A DNA stretch of 64,000 bases from Sphaerodactylus townsendi. Lineage: Eukaryota. Both the position numbers and the translations under genes were made by a program. The notes beneath the pieces are model-generated. The model was not told the origin of the DNA. It ran no database searches and saw nothing but the letters and a program-made list of their open reading frames with translations. This document shows positions 52,140 through 64,000 of the stretch, in pieces. The stretch lies in contig NC_059425.1 of NCBI RefSeq assembly GCF_021028975.2, forward strand, positions 133,672,001 through 133,736,000, written 5' to 3'. Position 1 is the stretch's first letter, and every line of letters begins with the position of its first letter.

Positions 52140-53910
52140 TCCCTCCCTCCTTAAAAGATGCCTGCCAATTCAGACTCCCTCAAAGGACCTGACAAACAGG
52201 CAAGCCTTGTTGTGCCTCCTGAAGATCTCCAAGGAGGGGGCCCCCTCACAACCATGATGGAAAAGGCCTGGGCTTCTGGTCAGTTCTCAGTGGGTCACCC
52301 TAAGTTGTGAGATTGCCAACAGATGACAACCTGATGACCATAGTTGGCTCACAAAGACATATGGAAGGAGACAATCCTTCACATTCTTCAGTCCTTCAAA
52401 TATTTGGGTTCCAGGTTATAAAGGGCTTTAAAGGTCATAACCAGCGCCCTGAACTGTGGTCTGTCTCCTTGTCATAACCCTAGAATTCTTTGGTGGTCTC
52501 CCTTCCAAATACTGACCAGCACCCTGAACTGGGCTGCATCACTGTGAAACAGTTGTTGTTTCATACACAGAGCATATTGCAATAATCCAGCTGTGAGGTT
52601 ACAGAAGCATATCTGTGACTACTTGCTGTAGTCATAGTGCATAGGAGGATCCAAGCCTCTTAAGAATTTTCATCACAGTCTGAATATAAGAATGTGTATG
52701 TAGGGCAAAATAATTTCAAAGCTTATAGAAATCTCTGTAAATAACACCACAATACCTTAATTGTTTCACTTCGTAAGTCCCCACTTAAGGAGAAGTGAAA
52801 CATTACAGATTCCATAAAAAATAGTTCAAAAAAAACTTTTATAAAGTGAATGTTTTGCATGAACTTGGTTGGATTTCATGGATTTCATTCTTGTTTTATT
52901 TATTCATTTAAAACATTTAGTAGCCAGCTTCCTTCCTTATGGAACTCATGGTGCCTTACAGTATAAATAAATCAATGGTTATAAAAAAACCCTCTGAGTC
53001 ACCCCAGCAACCTGGCTTTCTAAGGCGACTAGTCTTATCTTAGTCTTATCAGCCAGATCGCACCGGTTCTCTGAACTGGTAGCTAACTGGCTGAATCCCA
53101 CCATGGCACCACCCCTGGGCAGCCACAACACTCCCAGTGTCATGGCCCCTTGTTCCCACCCCCCTCGCCAGAGAGCGTGGGGACATCTGTCAGGTTGAAA
53201 AATGAAAGCAGCCCTTGGCAGCCAGCCCATGACACCCCGTCTGCAAACCTGGCTTTTCAAGACGAGCATCCAAGACAGGAGATATCTCAAGCCCATGGTC
53301 TGCCTTTCCACTAACCCAGAGAACTTTGTCAGGATTAAATTTCAGCTTGTTCATCCTCATCCAGCCCATTGATGTCTACATACTGGTTCTTAACATCAAC
53401 TGCATCTTCAGAATAGTTGGAAAAGAAAGGGAGAGTCATGTATCATCTCCATGTTGGTGGCACCATAACCCATACCTCTCCCATTGGCTTCAAATAGATA
53501 ATGAACAGAATGAGGCACAAGATTGAACTCTGCAGAACCCCCACAGGTCAATGGCCGGAATATCCCAGAACCACCTTCTGAGATTGCACACAGACACACA
53601 TTCCCGATAAAACTTGAATCACTGCAACAGGGCATTCATTCCAGTGCTGAGAGGCAGCTCCATAGGACACTATGGTTGATAGTATCAAAGGCTGCTGAGA
53701 GATTCAACAGAACAAGCAGGGTCACATTCCCCCATCTAGTTTTCAATAGAGGTTATTAGTCAAGGTGACCAAAGCAGTCTCTGTTCCAAACCTCAGCCTG
53801 AAGCCAGATTGAAATGAGTCCATTAAAATCAATCTCTTCCTAGAGCTCCTAGAACTGAGAAGCAACCACCTGCTCTAGCACCTTGCCCAATAATGGAAGA
53901 CTGGAGTGAG
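52140..53910 (-). mobile_element. Fragmented L2-clade LINE
   Basis: Reverse complements of RLDYCN-like (52570-52600), YADD-like (53435-53460) and SAAFDT (53680-53700) motifs; LPLLGKVLEQVVASQ. Confidence 0.8.
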
Positions 53911-54789
53911 ACAATGACATTTGTATATGTCTTAACATGTATATGGAGAGTCTCAATGCTAGTACAATATATTTCTGGAGACTGCTGCTTGGGATGTGCT
54001 TAAAAATGGGCACCAAAGGGTTGGAGGGCCGCATGGCAAGGAGGGGAGTTTTCCTGATGGGTAAGAGACAAAGGGAAAGGGCATTCCATCATGGACATAG
54101 TCCGAAGAAGCATCTCTCTTGGTTTGGGGTTTGAACAGGAACAACAAGAATGTGCTTAGCTGAGAAATTTCTGTAACTGAAGTTTATTTTTATTTCTTTG
54201 TTTTGAATTTTCACCATAAAATCCTTGAGAACTCAGCTGCTTTGGAGTTATTGGAAGAAAGAACCCAGGTTTTACAGAAACAAGCGTGGCTCTCCCAGGC
54301 TTGATTTCGTCATATGGTAGCAGCAGGTTTTAGAACTGTAAAAAGTACTAATGTCAAAATAAATGTAGCACTTTAACAGTGTAGTCCTAAACAGAGTTAT
54401 GTTCAAATCCCATCAAAGTCACTGGGCTTAGAAGGATTTTTTAAATTATTTTTTTGAACTTCTAGGCCGCCCATTCCCAGAAAGGGCTCAGTGCGGCGTA
54501 CAACCAATAAAACAATAAATAGATACTATTTAAAATCAAGTAGATCATAGTCTACAATTTATATTTCTACATCAGAGAAATAAACAGAGACCAATCTTCG
54601 ATTTAAACAATGAGCCCCACCACAGCCCAGCTTATTTCCCAGTTCTTTGGGACTGTTTATACATTTACAAGGCATTCTGGCTTTCTGTTGGACTGCATCC
54701 ACACATAGATGGATATTGTGCTATCACTGCCTAGTAGTAATCATTCATACAAAGCCATTGCTACAACACAACAATAAAGTGCGACTGAG

Positions 54790-56360
54790 ATTTACCTTGG
54801 CCACTGTTGCTGCCAGGAAGAGGGGCAGGGCTCAGTGCCAGGATCTAGCCCAGCTTGGGGGCTGGGCTGCCTAGCTGCCGGCACGAGCAAGTGACATGCC
54901 TGGAACCGTTGGGGGCGTGGCCTTATATGAGCAGGCTGGGTCATCCCGCACCTCTTCTCAATTGAGCACCAACGTCTTCCTTCAGGCCATCGCAGGACTA
55001 TCTGGATTGTCAGCCACAGCATTGTCCTTTGGGCTGCCAAGTATGCCTCGTCTTCTGGTTGGGGGAGAGACCTTGGCCTCGCCAGCCACGCAACCATGTT
55101 TTGGATGGGACAGAGAGGGATGTGTTGGGAGGTCTCACTGCCAATACTGGATGGAACAGTTGCAAGGCACAGACCACCTCACCCCTTGATCATCCAGCCA
55201 GGAGAGAATGATCTGCCTGTAGAAAAGAGTGTGTTGCTGGCTCGCCACATGGTGTTGGACTTGAAATTCATGATGTGCTGGTCACACCTATTGGAGTGTC
55301 AAGTATGGTGTGGGGCATTGGCCTTGGAGAAAGTGGACCTGGCCAAACACAGGACCAATATGATAGTGTCACACCTTGTGCAATCTTGGGGGGGGCAGGT
55401 GCATCCCCCGCCTGGACATGTTGTTTCGTCTTTCAACGCTATATAGGAATGACAGCTTGCATCTGTCGAAATCGAGTATGGACCTTTGGCTGCACAGCAT
55501 CAGATCTGCTTTATGTGATTGGTTGTTGGCTTAGGAAGCTTTGGTAGGAGCGAGATGGCCTTGCTCTTTTGCAGATTGCGCGTGGGGACTGATCCATTCA
55601 GGGAAGGAGAAACCTGCGTGCCAGCCCTCCGCATTTGGTGTGGGCCTCCATAAGACGTCTGGGGGGTGGAGCGAGCCTGTGAACCACATGCCCAGGCGGG
55701 GGCTGCTGGTGGCTCATGCCCAGAGATGTCATTCAGCCAGATCGCACCGGTTCTCTGAACTGGTAGCTAACTGGCTGAATCCCACCATGGCACCACCCCA
55801 GGGCAGCCACAAATTGGGCTGCGCGCCTGGTCTGGCCTTGGGTAGTGCCATGGCACACGACCTTCTGGGGAGGGCTGGGAGGCCTGCTGGAGCGCCAGCA
55901 GGGCAGGCCACCCCACATGTGTAGCCTGATCAGCAGCTAGCCAGCCCCCCGAGCCTCATGCCTAGGGCTGCATGCCTCTGGGTTATGCCACTGGCACTGC
56001 CTGCCAGGGTGGCCTGCCCTGCAGCAGGCCTCCCAGCACTCCCTCGATGGCTGCTCCATAGCTGGCCCCCTGAAGCCGCCATCTTCCCTCGCCTCCCCCC
56101 TGCCCAACATTGGAACGGGGGCGGGGGCGCAGCAGCCAGGTAAGTGGGCAGGGGCGCAGCAGGGACGCATGGCAGAGGGTGAACCAGTGGTTGATCTCTT
56201 TGAATCCCAACACTGCTGGTGCCCCCTGTCAGCAAAGGGAGTTCATCCAGAGGCCAGCGCCCAGATGGCTCCCACTATCTTGCTGCTCTGGGCATTGGTG
56301 TTTCCCCCCATGCATTGGGCTAGGGGAAAGTTATTACGGCGGGACAGCAGACGTGCTGCC
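54790..56360 (+). mobile_element. Ngaro-type element remnant with frameshifted SGNH hydrolase ORF (~54990-55530)
   Basis: RTIWIVSHSIVLWAA, WMGQRGMCW, LIIQPGENDL and YRNDSLHLS correspond to SGNH blocks I, II, III and V; homologous to 16965-17140 and 16276-16432 in inverted orientation. Confidence 0.8.
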
Positions 56361-57297
56361 CAGTTCCGGATCAGTCTCCTATGCTGCACCTCTGCTTCCT
56401 TTTGCCAGCACACCAATAAAATGGTTGTGGCCAAATTTTACCCACACATTTGGGTTTCTGTGTCTTCTTCCACAATTTGGGGCTGCTCCCTCTCCTCCCC
56501 GGGCACCAGTATGTTATTTAGTTAAGTGTGGAAGCAGCCATGATTTCTATAACAAAGTCAAATTTCTTGGTTCTGCATATGAAACTCTCCAGCCTATATT
56601 CCCTCTATTTGTTTCTGTGACTTTTCACAGTCTGCTATGTATCAGCTATTAGACCCTTTTCATTTCTGTCTGCACACTCGTCGCTGTCAAAGTGGCCTTT
56701 ATTTCATTTATAAAAATGTGTTCCAGTGAGATCTGCAAGGATTTGCAAGTGCATACTTGTTTGTTTGGATGATGCCATATCCTTTTATTATTTTAGTTGT
56801 TTTGTACTGCTCGACAATCTTTACCCTGCATGTACAGGTTATGTAAACAGTTTGAACAGATGATTATCAGTGGTTGATAATGTACAGTGTGAAGCATGTC
56901 TGCCAGTAGATATGAGCGTAAGGCCATGTAGCCCATCTTGACCCATTATTGTATTTCCAATTATCTTTGGTGCTCCAAGAAAGAGATATTAATGTAGCTG
57001 AGGATGACATAGCAAATTAGTGCCGCTCCCTAACCTTTTAAAAATTGCTAACACTGTTGTAATCTGTAATTACTGAAATCAGCGTGAGAATTGTGGCGCT
57101 GTATAATTATCTTTTCCTGATACGTTATTGCTGAATGAATTATTAATCTAAATCAGTCTTGTATCGTATTTGCAACAGCTAAAGAATCATAATAATAACA
57201 TATAATTACATTTTCATTATTTCTATTTTTATATTCATGTTTTTGGATGTTGTAATTGGTAATTAATTGGGTTTTCTAATATACTCCCCAAAACTGG

Positions 57298-58460
57298 TAA
57301 GAACATAAGAACATAAGAACATAAGAACTAGCCTGCTGGATCAGACCAGAGTCCATCTAGTCCATATCTCCTCTCATACTCAGAGTGGCCCACCAGGGTG
57401 CTCTTTTAGAGCCTACATGGTGGATGTGAAAGCAATGGCTCTCTGCTGCCACAAGGTTTGGAGCACCTGGTCTGCTAATGCATTACAGTAATCTGAGATC
57501 AAGGAGGATCTGGCAGCCATAGATTGACTTTCTCCTCCATAAATCTAAGGTCTCAAGGCTTTCTCCCCTTTTTGTGAAGTTTTTCTATCCAGGTTAGTGG
57601 GCTACACTCACTCACCTCCTGTAGCAGCATATATCTCCAAACACCAATCCCCACGCTAGAAGAAGTGCTTCCTTTCTATTAGTCCCTAATTCTTCCCAGC
57701 ATTTTCTGTAATGAATGCCTCCCTTGTTCTAGTAGACAGAGAAAGAGAGAAAAATTCTCTGTCAACATTTTCTACCCTATGCATAATTTTATATATAGGA
57801 CTCTGCAATCATATCCCCTTGGGGACGCCTCTCCAAACTAAAGAGTCCCCAAACGCTGCAGCCTCTCCTCATAAGGAAGGTGCTCCAATCCTTTCCAATC
57901 ATCCCTCGCTGTCTCTCTCAGACCTCTTCTTTCTATCTCTCTCGATATCCTTTGAGAGATGTATACTCAGAACTGAACAACACACAGTACTCCAAGTGTC
58001 AGACCACGGTTGCCTTTATATATAAGGGCATGACACAATCTTTGTAGTTTTATCTTCCTACCTCCTCTCCCACTATCCCCAGTAGCATAGAGTGCTCTAC
58101 CTTTACCCCTCACATGCATTGGATGCTGGATATCTCCTAAGGAACTGCACACAACTAAGATTTAAATCCCTTCTCTTCTGGTTCACAGGGACTGAGGTAA
58201 TGACCCCTGTAGCTGCAGGTATGTGAAGTTTGGATTTTTTGCCCCTCACGTGCATCACTTTACATTTCGCTACATTGAACCAGAATTTTTTAAGCATTTC
58301 TTAGCCTTCCACTCAATGCACTTCTAATTCATCAAGGTCCGCTTTGGAGTTCTCAGAACCTTTCTGTGGTTCCCTGTCACCACCCTACATAATTTGGTAT
58401 CATCTGCAAACTTGGCCACCACACTACCCACCCCTACTTCCAGGTCATTTATGAATAAGT
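57298..58460 (-). mobile_element. CR1 LINE 3' portion
   Basis: LFINDLEVGVGSVVAKFADDTKLCRVV; FNVAKCKVMH; 8-nt tail repeat (TAAGAACA)x4 at 57298-57328. Confidence 0.9.
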
Positions 58461-58502
58461 TCCCCAAACCCCCCCCCCCCCCAGGCCCCCCCCCCCCCCC
58501 CA

Positions 58503-58537
<35 letters not shown>

Positions 58538-58876
58538 CCCCCCCCCCCCCCAATCCCCCGCCCCCCCCCCCCCCCCCCCCCCCCCCCGCCCCGCCCCCCC
58601 CACACCCCCCCCCCCCAACCCCCCCCCCCCCCCACCCGNNNNNNNNNNNNNNNNNNNNNNNNNNNNNNNNNNNNNNNNNNNNNNNNNNNNNNNNNNNNNN
58701 NNNNNNNNNNNNNNNNNNNNNNNNNNNNNNNNNNNNNNNNNNNNNNNNNNNNNNNNNNNNNNNNNNNNNNNNNNNNNNNNNNNNNNNNNNNNNNNNNNNN
58801 NNNNNNNNNNNNCCCCCCCCCCCGCCCCCCCGACCCCCCCCCCCCCCCCCACCCCCCCCCTCCCCCACCCCCCCCA
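58461..58876. other. Assembly gap (N at 58639-58812) flanked by poly-C
   Basis: Seen directly in the sequence. Confidence 0.95.
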
Positions 58877-59139
58877 CTGGTAACCTTATATGGTTGTAAA
58901 GTGTTCCGTGCTTCAGCATTTACTAACATATAAATTGTCTACAGCCCTTAATCTCAAGAAATCTTCATAACTTTGACTTGATCCACCTGGATAGGCTAAT
59001 GCACAGTGGCTGTCACCTGCACAGAAGAACTTCACATTAGAGATTGTACCCTTCCAATTCTGCCTAGGATATTAGCAAAAGCATATCTTGATACATGGGG
59101 AATTATTACGTTAATAAATAATTTTCATTAACATGGGTA

Positions 59140-59332
59140 TAAGACAATAATGCCAGGAAAAGTCAAAGGCAGCAGGAAAAGAGGGAGAACCAATATGGCA
59201 TGGATTGGAGCCATGGCTTTCAGTTTGCAAAGCTTTTAATAATAGGTCATTTGGGAAGGGATAGATTCAATTTGGAAGGGATAGATTCATGGCGTCGCCA
59301 TGAGTCAGAAGCAACTTGATGGCACTTAACAG
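59140..59332 (+). mobile_element. RTE/BovB-like LINE 3' end
   Basis: ataatgccaggaaaagtcaaaggcagcaggaaaagagggag...gtcgccatgagtcagaagcaacttgatggcacttaac; homologous to 7710-7900. Confidence 0.8.
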
Positions 59333-60039
59333 ACACGTGTATGTTTCTGATCCAATTTAAATCTTTGTTTGAAAATATCTTCCTTCCTGGGATTTGCGGC
59401 TACTTGCCGGAACGTTATTCTTTCTGTGATTGACATCTTGTGGGTTAGAGTTGGTTCAGATAATAATATGTTAATGAATTTCAAGCTTACACTCTCTCAC
59501 TTTCTCCTTCCTGTCAATCAGAGTTTCTTGCCATTCCCCCACACCCCCCAAGTCACCATCACAAGTCAGCTGAAGAGATGAAATAGACGTAGGGTAAGCA
59601 CTATATAATGGCTTGCACATACAGTATTAATTTTACAAGTGGTTATAGAAAATTAGCTGCAAGGATTCCATTTTTGGTAGGCTGGTGACGGCAGTATATC
59701 TTAGCCAAACTCACTTAAGCACCAAAAGAATATGTTTAAATAGATGTATCTTTAAGTACTTTACCCATGAAACCTTGCTCAAAGTAGCATAGCTGAAGTG
59801 TTACTTCCTACAAAACATCTTTTTGGCTGCATGACTGTGATAAAGTCTTGCCCCTATCATGTGCTGTGAGGTTTCGCTTTATGATGGAACTGTGAAGAAA
59901 GTTACCATGACGCAACTTCTGTGATAACTGAAAGTCCATAAAGCCAGACTTGGCAGCCAAGCATTATTCATGGTCATCATAGATTTTGCACAAACAAAGA
60001 AAAGAGGGGACAAAAACTTAACCCAAACAAAGAATTAAG

Positions 60040-61045
60040 CACCTAAAGATCAAGAAGGAATTAGGGCCACTAAATTAAAAACCGCTATATAGCAAAAATA
60101 CAAATGCATTAATTCAAATTAACAGCATAATTTCATAGTAGAAGGCCCAGAATAGCCTGCCTTATATGTATAAAATCACAAAGTCCTATGTCACACTTTA
60201 AGACTCAGAACCAAACACATTTTGATCCTTTGTCCTTCTTCAGCGGTCAAAAGTGGTAATATAAAGTGTTACTACCCGACAAAAAGTACAAATGAACAAT
60301 TTAAATGACTGAGATAAGTAATTTGAGATTTATGCACCAGTAGCACCCAGATCTTCAACATGAAACCAATGTCCACTTAAGAGCAGAGGCGGAGCTACCA
60401 GGGGACAGGGGGGTGCGCGTTGCACCGGGTGTGTACCTGAGGAGCACAAAATCTCCCCCTGCCCCACCCACCCTGCAACACCCCCCTGCGGCTTTTTCTC
60501 TCTCATTTCATTTTAGGAAACAGTGCAGGCTTAGCTCTTGTTCCTTTCAGGTTGAACGTTTGGTGGGAACTACACTTCCCAGGAGACCTTGCGAGCCCCA
60601 AGGTCTCATGGGAAGTGTAGTTCCCACCAGGCCATTTTCAGCCTGAAGGGAACAGGTTGCTTCTCCAGTCTGCACTGTTTCACTAAGGTAAGTGTGGATG
60701 CTGGAGGGGGGGCAGGCACCGCGGAGGGGGCGGCAGAAAACACAGAGTGGGCACCGGGTGCAGTATGGCCCAGCTATGCCTCTGCTTAAAAGGTATAAAA
60801 TCATGTACCAATCATGCCAATCAAGCCAAATTTTGTTGTGTCAGCATCCTTTAACACCTCAGTCAAATAGAATTTCTTTAAGTCCGGAGTAATAGGTATA
60901 TTATATTTTATATTTTATGTTATTTATTTTATATATGTGATTTTATAGACATAAGGCAGGCTGTTGTGGACCTTCTATTATGAAGTTTTGGTTTTAATTT
61001 GAATAAATACATTTGTATTTTTGCTATATCAGCTTTTAATTTACT
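60040..61045. mobile_element. Penelope-like insertion with ~110-bp inverted repeats
   Basis: 60071-60180 is the diverged reverse complement of 60937-61042; decayed hammerhead core on the minus strand at 60209-60248. Confidence 0.6.
60384..60784. mobile_element. hAT-type MITE with 8-bp TSD and internal hairpin
   Basis: TIR cagaggcggagct / agctatgcctctg; TSD cttaagag / cttaaaag. Confidence 0.88.
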
Positions 61046-63341
61046 TTTTTAAATTTTAATTTACCAAATTCCTTCTTGACATCATAAATTTTGCTTCACC
61101 TCTGAGGTGTGCATGGAAAATTCTGACTTCAGAATAACTTGGTATGCTTCAGATATGCAGTACAATGTAAAATGGGACCTTGAGTTCCAATCTCATGGAA
61201 GTTTGTTTGATCTTGCATTCTGCTGGCCTCTTATCAACAGTGATGAGGGGGAAAGGTTAATGAGGAAGGACCAGTTGCAATGTTGGCTATGACTCTCAGA
61301 CACAGTCTGCAGCCCTTTTTCCAGCAACATATTTTTTACAAGTGAGGGAGAAAATGCACTTTTTCATTCTTCAAATAAGAACATTATTTTTATGTCTCTG
61401 ACGTCATTTCTTATTTATACCCTTCTTAGAGCATCCTCCTTTTTTTGCAGTCCCTCCTCATCTTGGCTATTTGCTAATCCTCTTGACCACCCTCACTGAA
61501 CTACTTCTTTGACTTCTGTATTTGATATTCACATGGCATGAAAATGTGAAGAAATATGAACAATTCATTTACCATGACTTTTTTTTTTAATCTGTCACGT
61601 TACATCTGGGTTGCCTGCTGTTTTCAAACGTGATTCTGATAGTAGAAACTTGAAGAATCAAAAAAAGAAAGAAGAGAGAATAGTTGCCTGCCTGAAGTTT
61701 GGTTTTCAAAAAGGGTATTTGTGTGTCAGTACTACAAGACAAATACAGCAGTCAGTAAAATTAAATGCCAGTTCCATTTTCCCTCTATACCATGTAGACC
61801 AGTGGTACTCCCTCTTTAATTTACAGAGAGTCAGTTTTGCAATTACAATCAACTAGTGAGCCATATGACTACTGTATGCCCTGTGCCCAAACCACCACCC
61901 TACCAAACACGTACAAACAATAACATTGGATATAACTGTTAATATGAAATGTATTACTGTAACCGTGTAAATTACCTGATTCCTTCTGATCATGTAGGAT
62001 TGACCCTCCCAATTACTACTGAACCTTTGCCCTCGTGTACCTGGAGTTAGGGGAAGGGTTTCGCTTTCTTGCCTTCTAGCTCTCTTCTCAGTATAAGGGA
62101 CAGAGTTCCCAGAGGAGAGGAGCTGGTCATGGAGAAAGATCAGTAAAACCATTTATACCCCACTATGGCCAGCTTGCTCTTTTCATGGCAGCTCCCTAGA
62201 TGCTGGATTGGAAGGCTGCAAAGTGGATGGAGGGTTGTTACCTATATCCCAAGCACGAGCCCCACAACTCAGGGCTGTCCCTACAGCAGCAGCTGTTTCA
62301 AGTTGGGAACTATTTGCCAACCACAATAACCTTGGTCGTTTTCTTGGAATGAGGTGGGGGGAGAATAGACACATGGGGGGACCAATGCTCCAAAGAACCA
62401 TAGATGTTATGTCAGGGAACCACATGTGGCTACCAAGCCACTGTTATAGACTAGTGTAAGATCTTTGACCAAGAGAGGATTGGTTTAATTTTCATTCTGT
62501 CATATGTCATTTTTACATTGATCTTGTTCAGTGCAGCAGTATTTCCGGTGATATTCTTTTGTGGCCTCCATTTTAATAAAGCCTTGTTTGTTTTTCCATG
62601 TTTCCTGATGCTTGTACTTTGGAGTACATCCATCCATAAATGTTCCGTTATTTCTTTTCCTAAAATGTCTTCTTCTATCACTTCTGTGCAGTGAGATTTG
62701 ATTTTTTAAAACTATTTTATGTTGTTTGGTTTAGGTTTTTATTTTGTGAATTAGCAACAGTCCTGTAAAAAGGCTTAACTTTTTAAAATAAAACTGAACA
62801 GTTGACAACTTCATATTCAGTAGTAGTTATATTCCTTTGCATTGAACACTCCACAGAATTTTGGATCATGGCAATTGATTGTAAATAGTGCTAATAAACT
62901 CCAACTTTGTACCATAATATTAAAATGAAACATCCTTGGGTTACGTATCTGTGCCAAAAGACTTTCATAAATTATTTGTTTCTTTTTCTTATTTGTTTTC
63001 TTTTTCTTCCCTTCCCCATCCCAAGCTCATATCTATTCAAAGGTGAGCTGAGTCGAAGCCTTTCATGTGTTTTAAAAACTGTCCTTGATTCAATATTGTG
63101 GGTAGAGCAAGAGAATGTAGTGCAGTTGCTGTTTCCATGTGTGTGTATATATATCGTATTTCTTGAGCTCTTTGTTCTGGCTAAGAATTGAACTGCTGAT
63201 CAGCAGTTCCGCAGAGAGCTGGCTAAATCATGCAGGACACAGAAATTATGATGTAATCTTCCTTTCTTTGCAAGTACTGTGATAACTCTCCAGGCCTATC
63301 TCCCTTATTGTTTGTTGTTTCTATTTTAGGGTGTGAACGGA

Positions 63342-63584
63342 ATGTCTGTGGATGAGAAGACTGAATCCCCCATGTATGTGTATGAGTCAACAGTCCATTG
63401 TACCAATATCCTCCTGTGCCTCAATGACCAGCGGAAGCAGGATATTCTCTGTGATGTGACTTTGATTGTGGAGGGGAAAGAGTTCCGAGCCCACCGGGCT
63501 GTGCTGGCAGCATGCAGCGAATACTTCTTGCAGGTGTTAGTCGGGCAGACAGAAAATGACCTGGTGGTCAGCCTGCCAGAGGAG
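63342..63584 (+). CDS. BACH2: BACH2 first canonical coding exon (codons 1-81, N-terminal part of BTB/POZ domain); gene continues beyond window
   Basis: Translates MSVDEKTESPMYVYESTVHCTNILLCLNDQRKQDILCDVTLIVEGKEFRAHRAVLAACSEYF...VVSLPEE, recognisable as the BACH2 N-terminus. Pyrimidine-rich acceptor ...tttctattttag at 63329, exon starts 63330 (12 nt before ATG), phase-0 donor GAG|gtacag at 63585. Confidence 0.97.
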
Positions 63585-64000
63585 GTACAGTATATGCAAT
63601 CATTCCCCTGTCATTGAAATATGAAACTTTCTAACATGGACAGGGCTGGGGGTGGGGGGGAATATTAATCTACACATCTTTCTCTCAAATGGTCAGTTAA
63701 TTGCAAGTCAGCTAACCATGAAGGTCTAAGAGGTAATCTCATAGGTATGCATGCTCTCATTCTCCATATCTCCCTGTTGCTAGTGAAAAGGAGGGCAGGA
63801 AATGATGCAGAATCCCACTCCATTTGTGGTGGAATAGAAAAGTCTTAAATGTTTTGCAGGCCTGAAAGAAATAGATGCAATGAATCCACCTAAAAGAGCA
63901 ATTAGAAAATGAAATGTAGCAAGCAGAGAGTGGCCATAGAAACTGATTATAGGGTTAATCTGCTTCTGAAACAAGAGCTGGAAATGTTTGTGGTTAGAGG

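Noticed and set aside
58324-58933. Long poly-Pro/poly-Gly ORFs (formin/extensin-like)
   Set aside because: Translation of poly-C around an N gap; the only real part is a CR1 RT motif.
63333-63617. ORF-track call MNGMSV...QSFPCH as a complete gene
   Set aside because: GTG start and read-through into the intron; the true coding segment is 63342-63584.
1-64000. Enrichment of TGA(C/G)TCA BACH2/AP-1 sites as an autoregulatory array
   Set aside because: About ten seen by eye, similar to chance expectation for a degenerate 7-mer in 64 kb.

Overview
Vertebrate genomic DNA, most likely a squamate and probably a gecko (inferred from the repeat families). It lies almost entirely in the large 5' introns of BACH2 on the + strand. 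The only confident protein-coding sequence is the first canonical BACH2 coding exon (63330-63584, ATG at 63342, N-terminal half of the BTB/POZ domain). A probable non-coding 5'UTR exon lies at 23553-23707. A CpG/CCAAT/E2F-rich internal promoter candidate (~47340-47830) is followed by a candidate alternative first exon (ATG 47835, donor after 47891) that would splice in frame onto the BTB exon. The same acceptor could therefore give either a junction-created Met-Val-stop uORF or a 23-aa N-terminal extension; this is the most interesting lead and is inference, not proven. The rest is decayed transposons: CORE/tRNA SINEs, RTE/BovB, L2, CR1 and Rex1/Babar LINEs, DIRS1- and Ngaro-type tyrosine-recombinase retroelements (one with an SGNH hydrolase ORF), Penelope-like ends carrying hammerhead ribozyme motifs, hAT MITEs including a SPIN-type copy, and microsatellites. 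There is also a poly-C-flanked N gap that is probably artefactual. Family names are from recall of consensus sequences, not from database searches. Nearly all ORFs in the supplied track are spurious or TE remnants.
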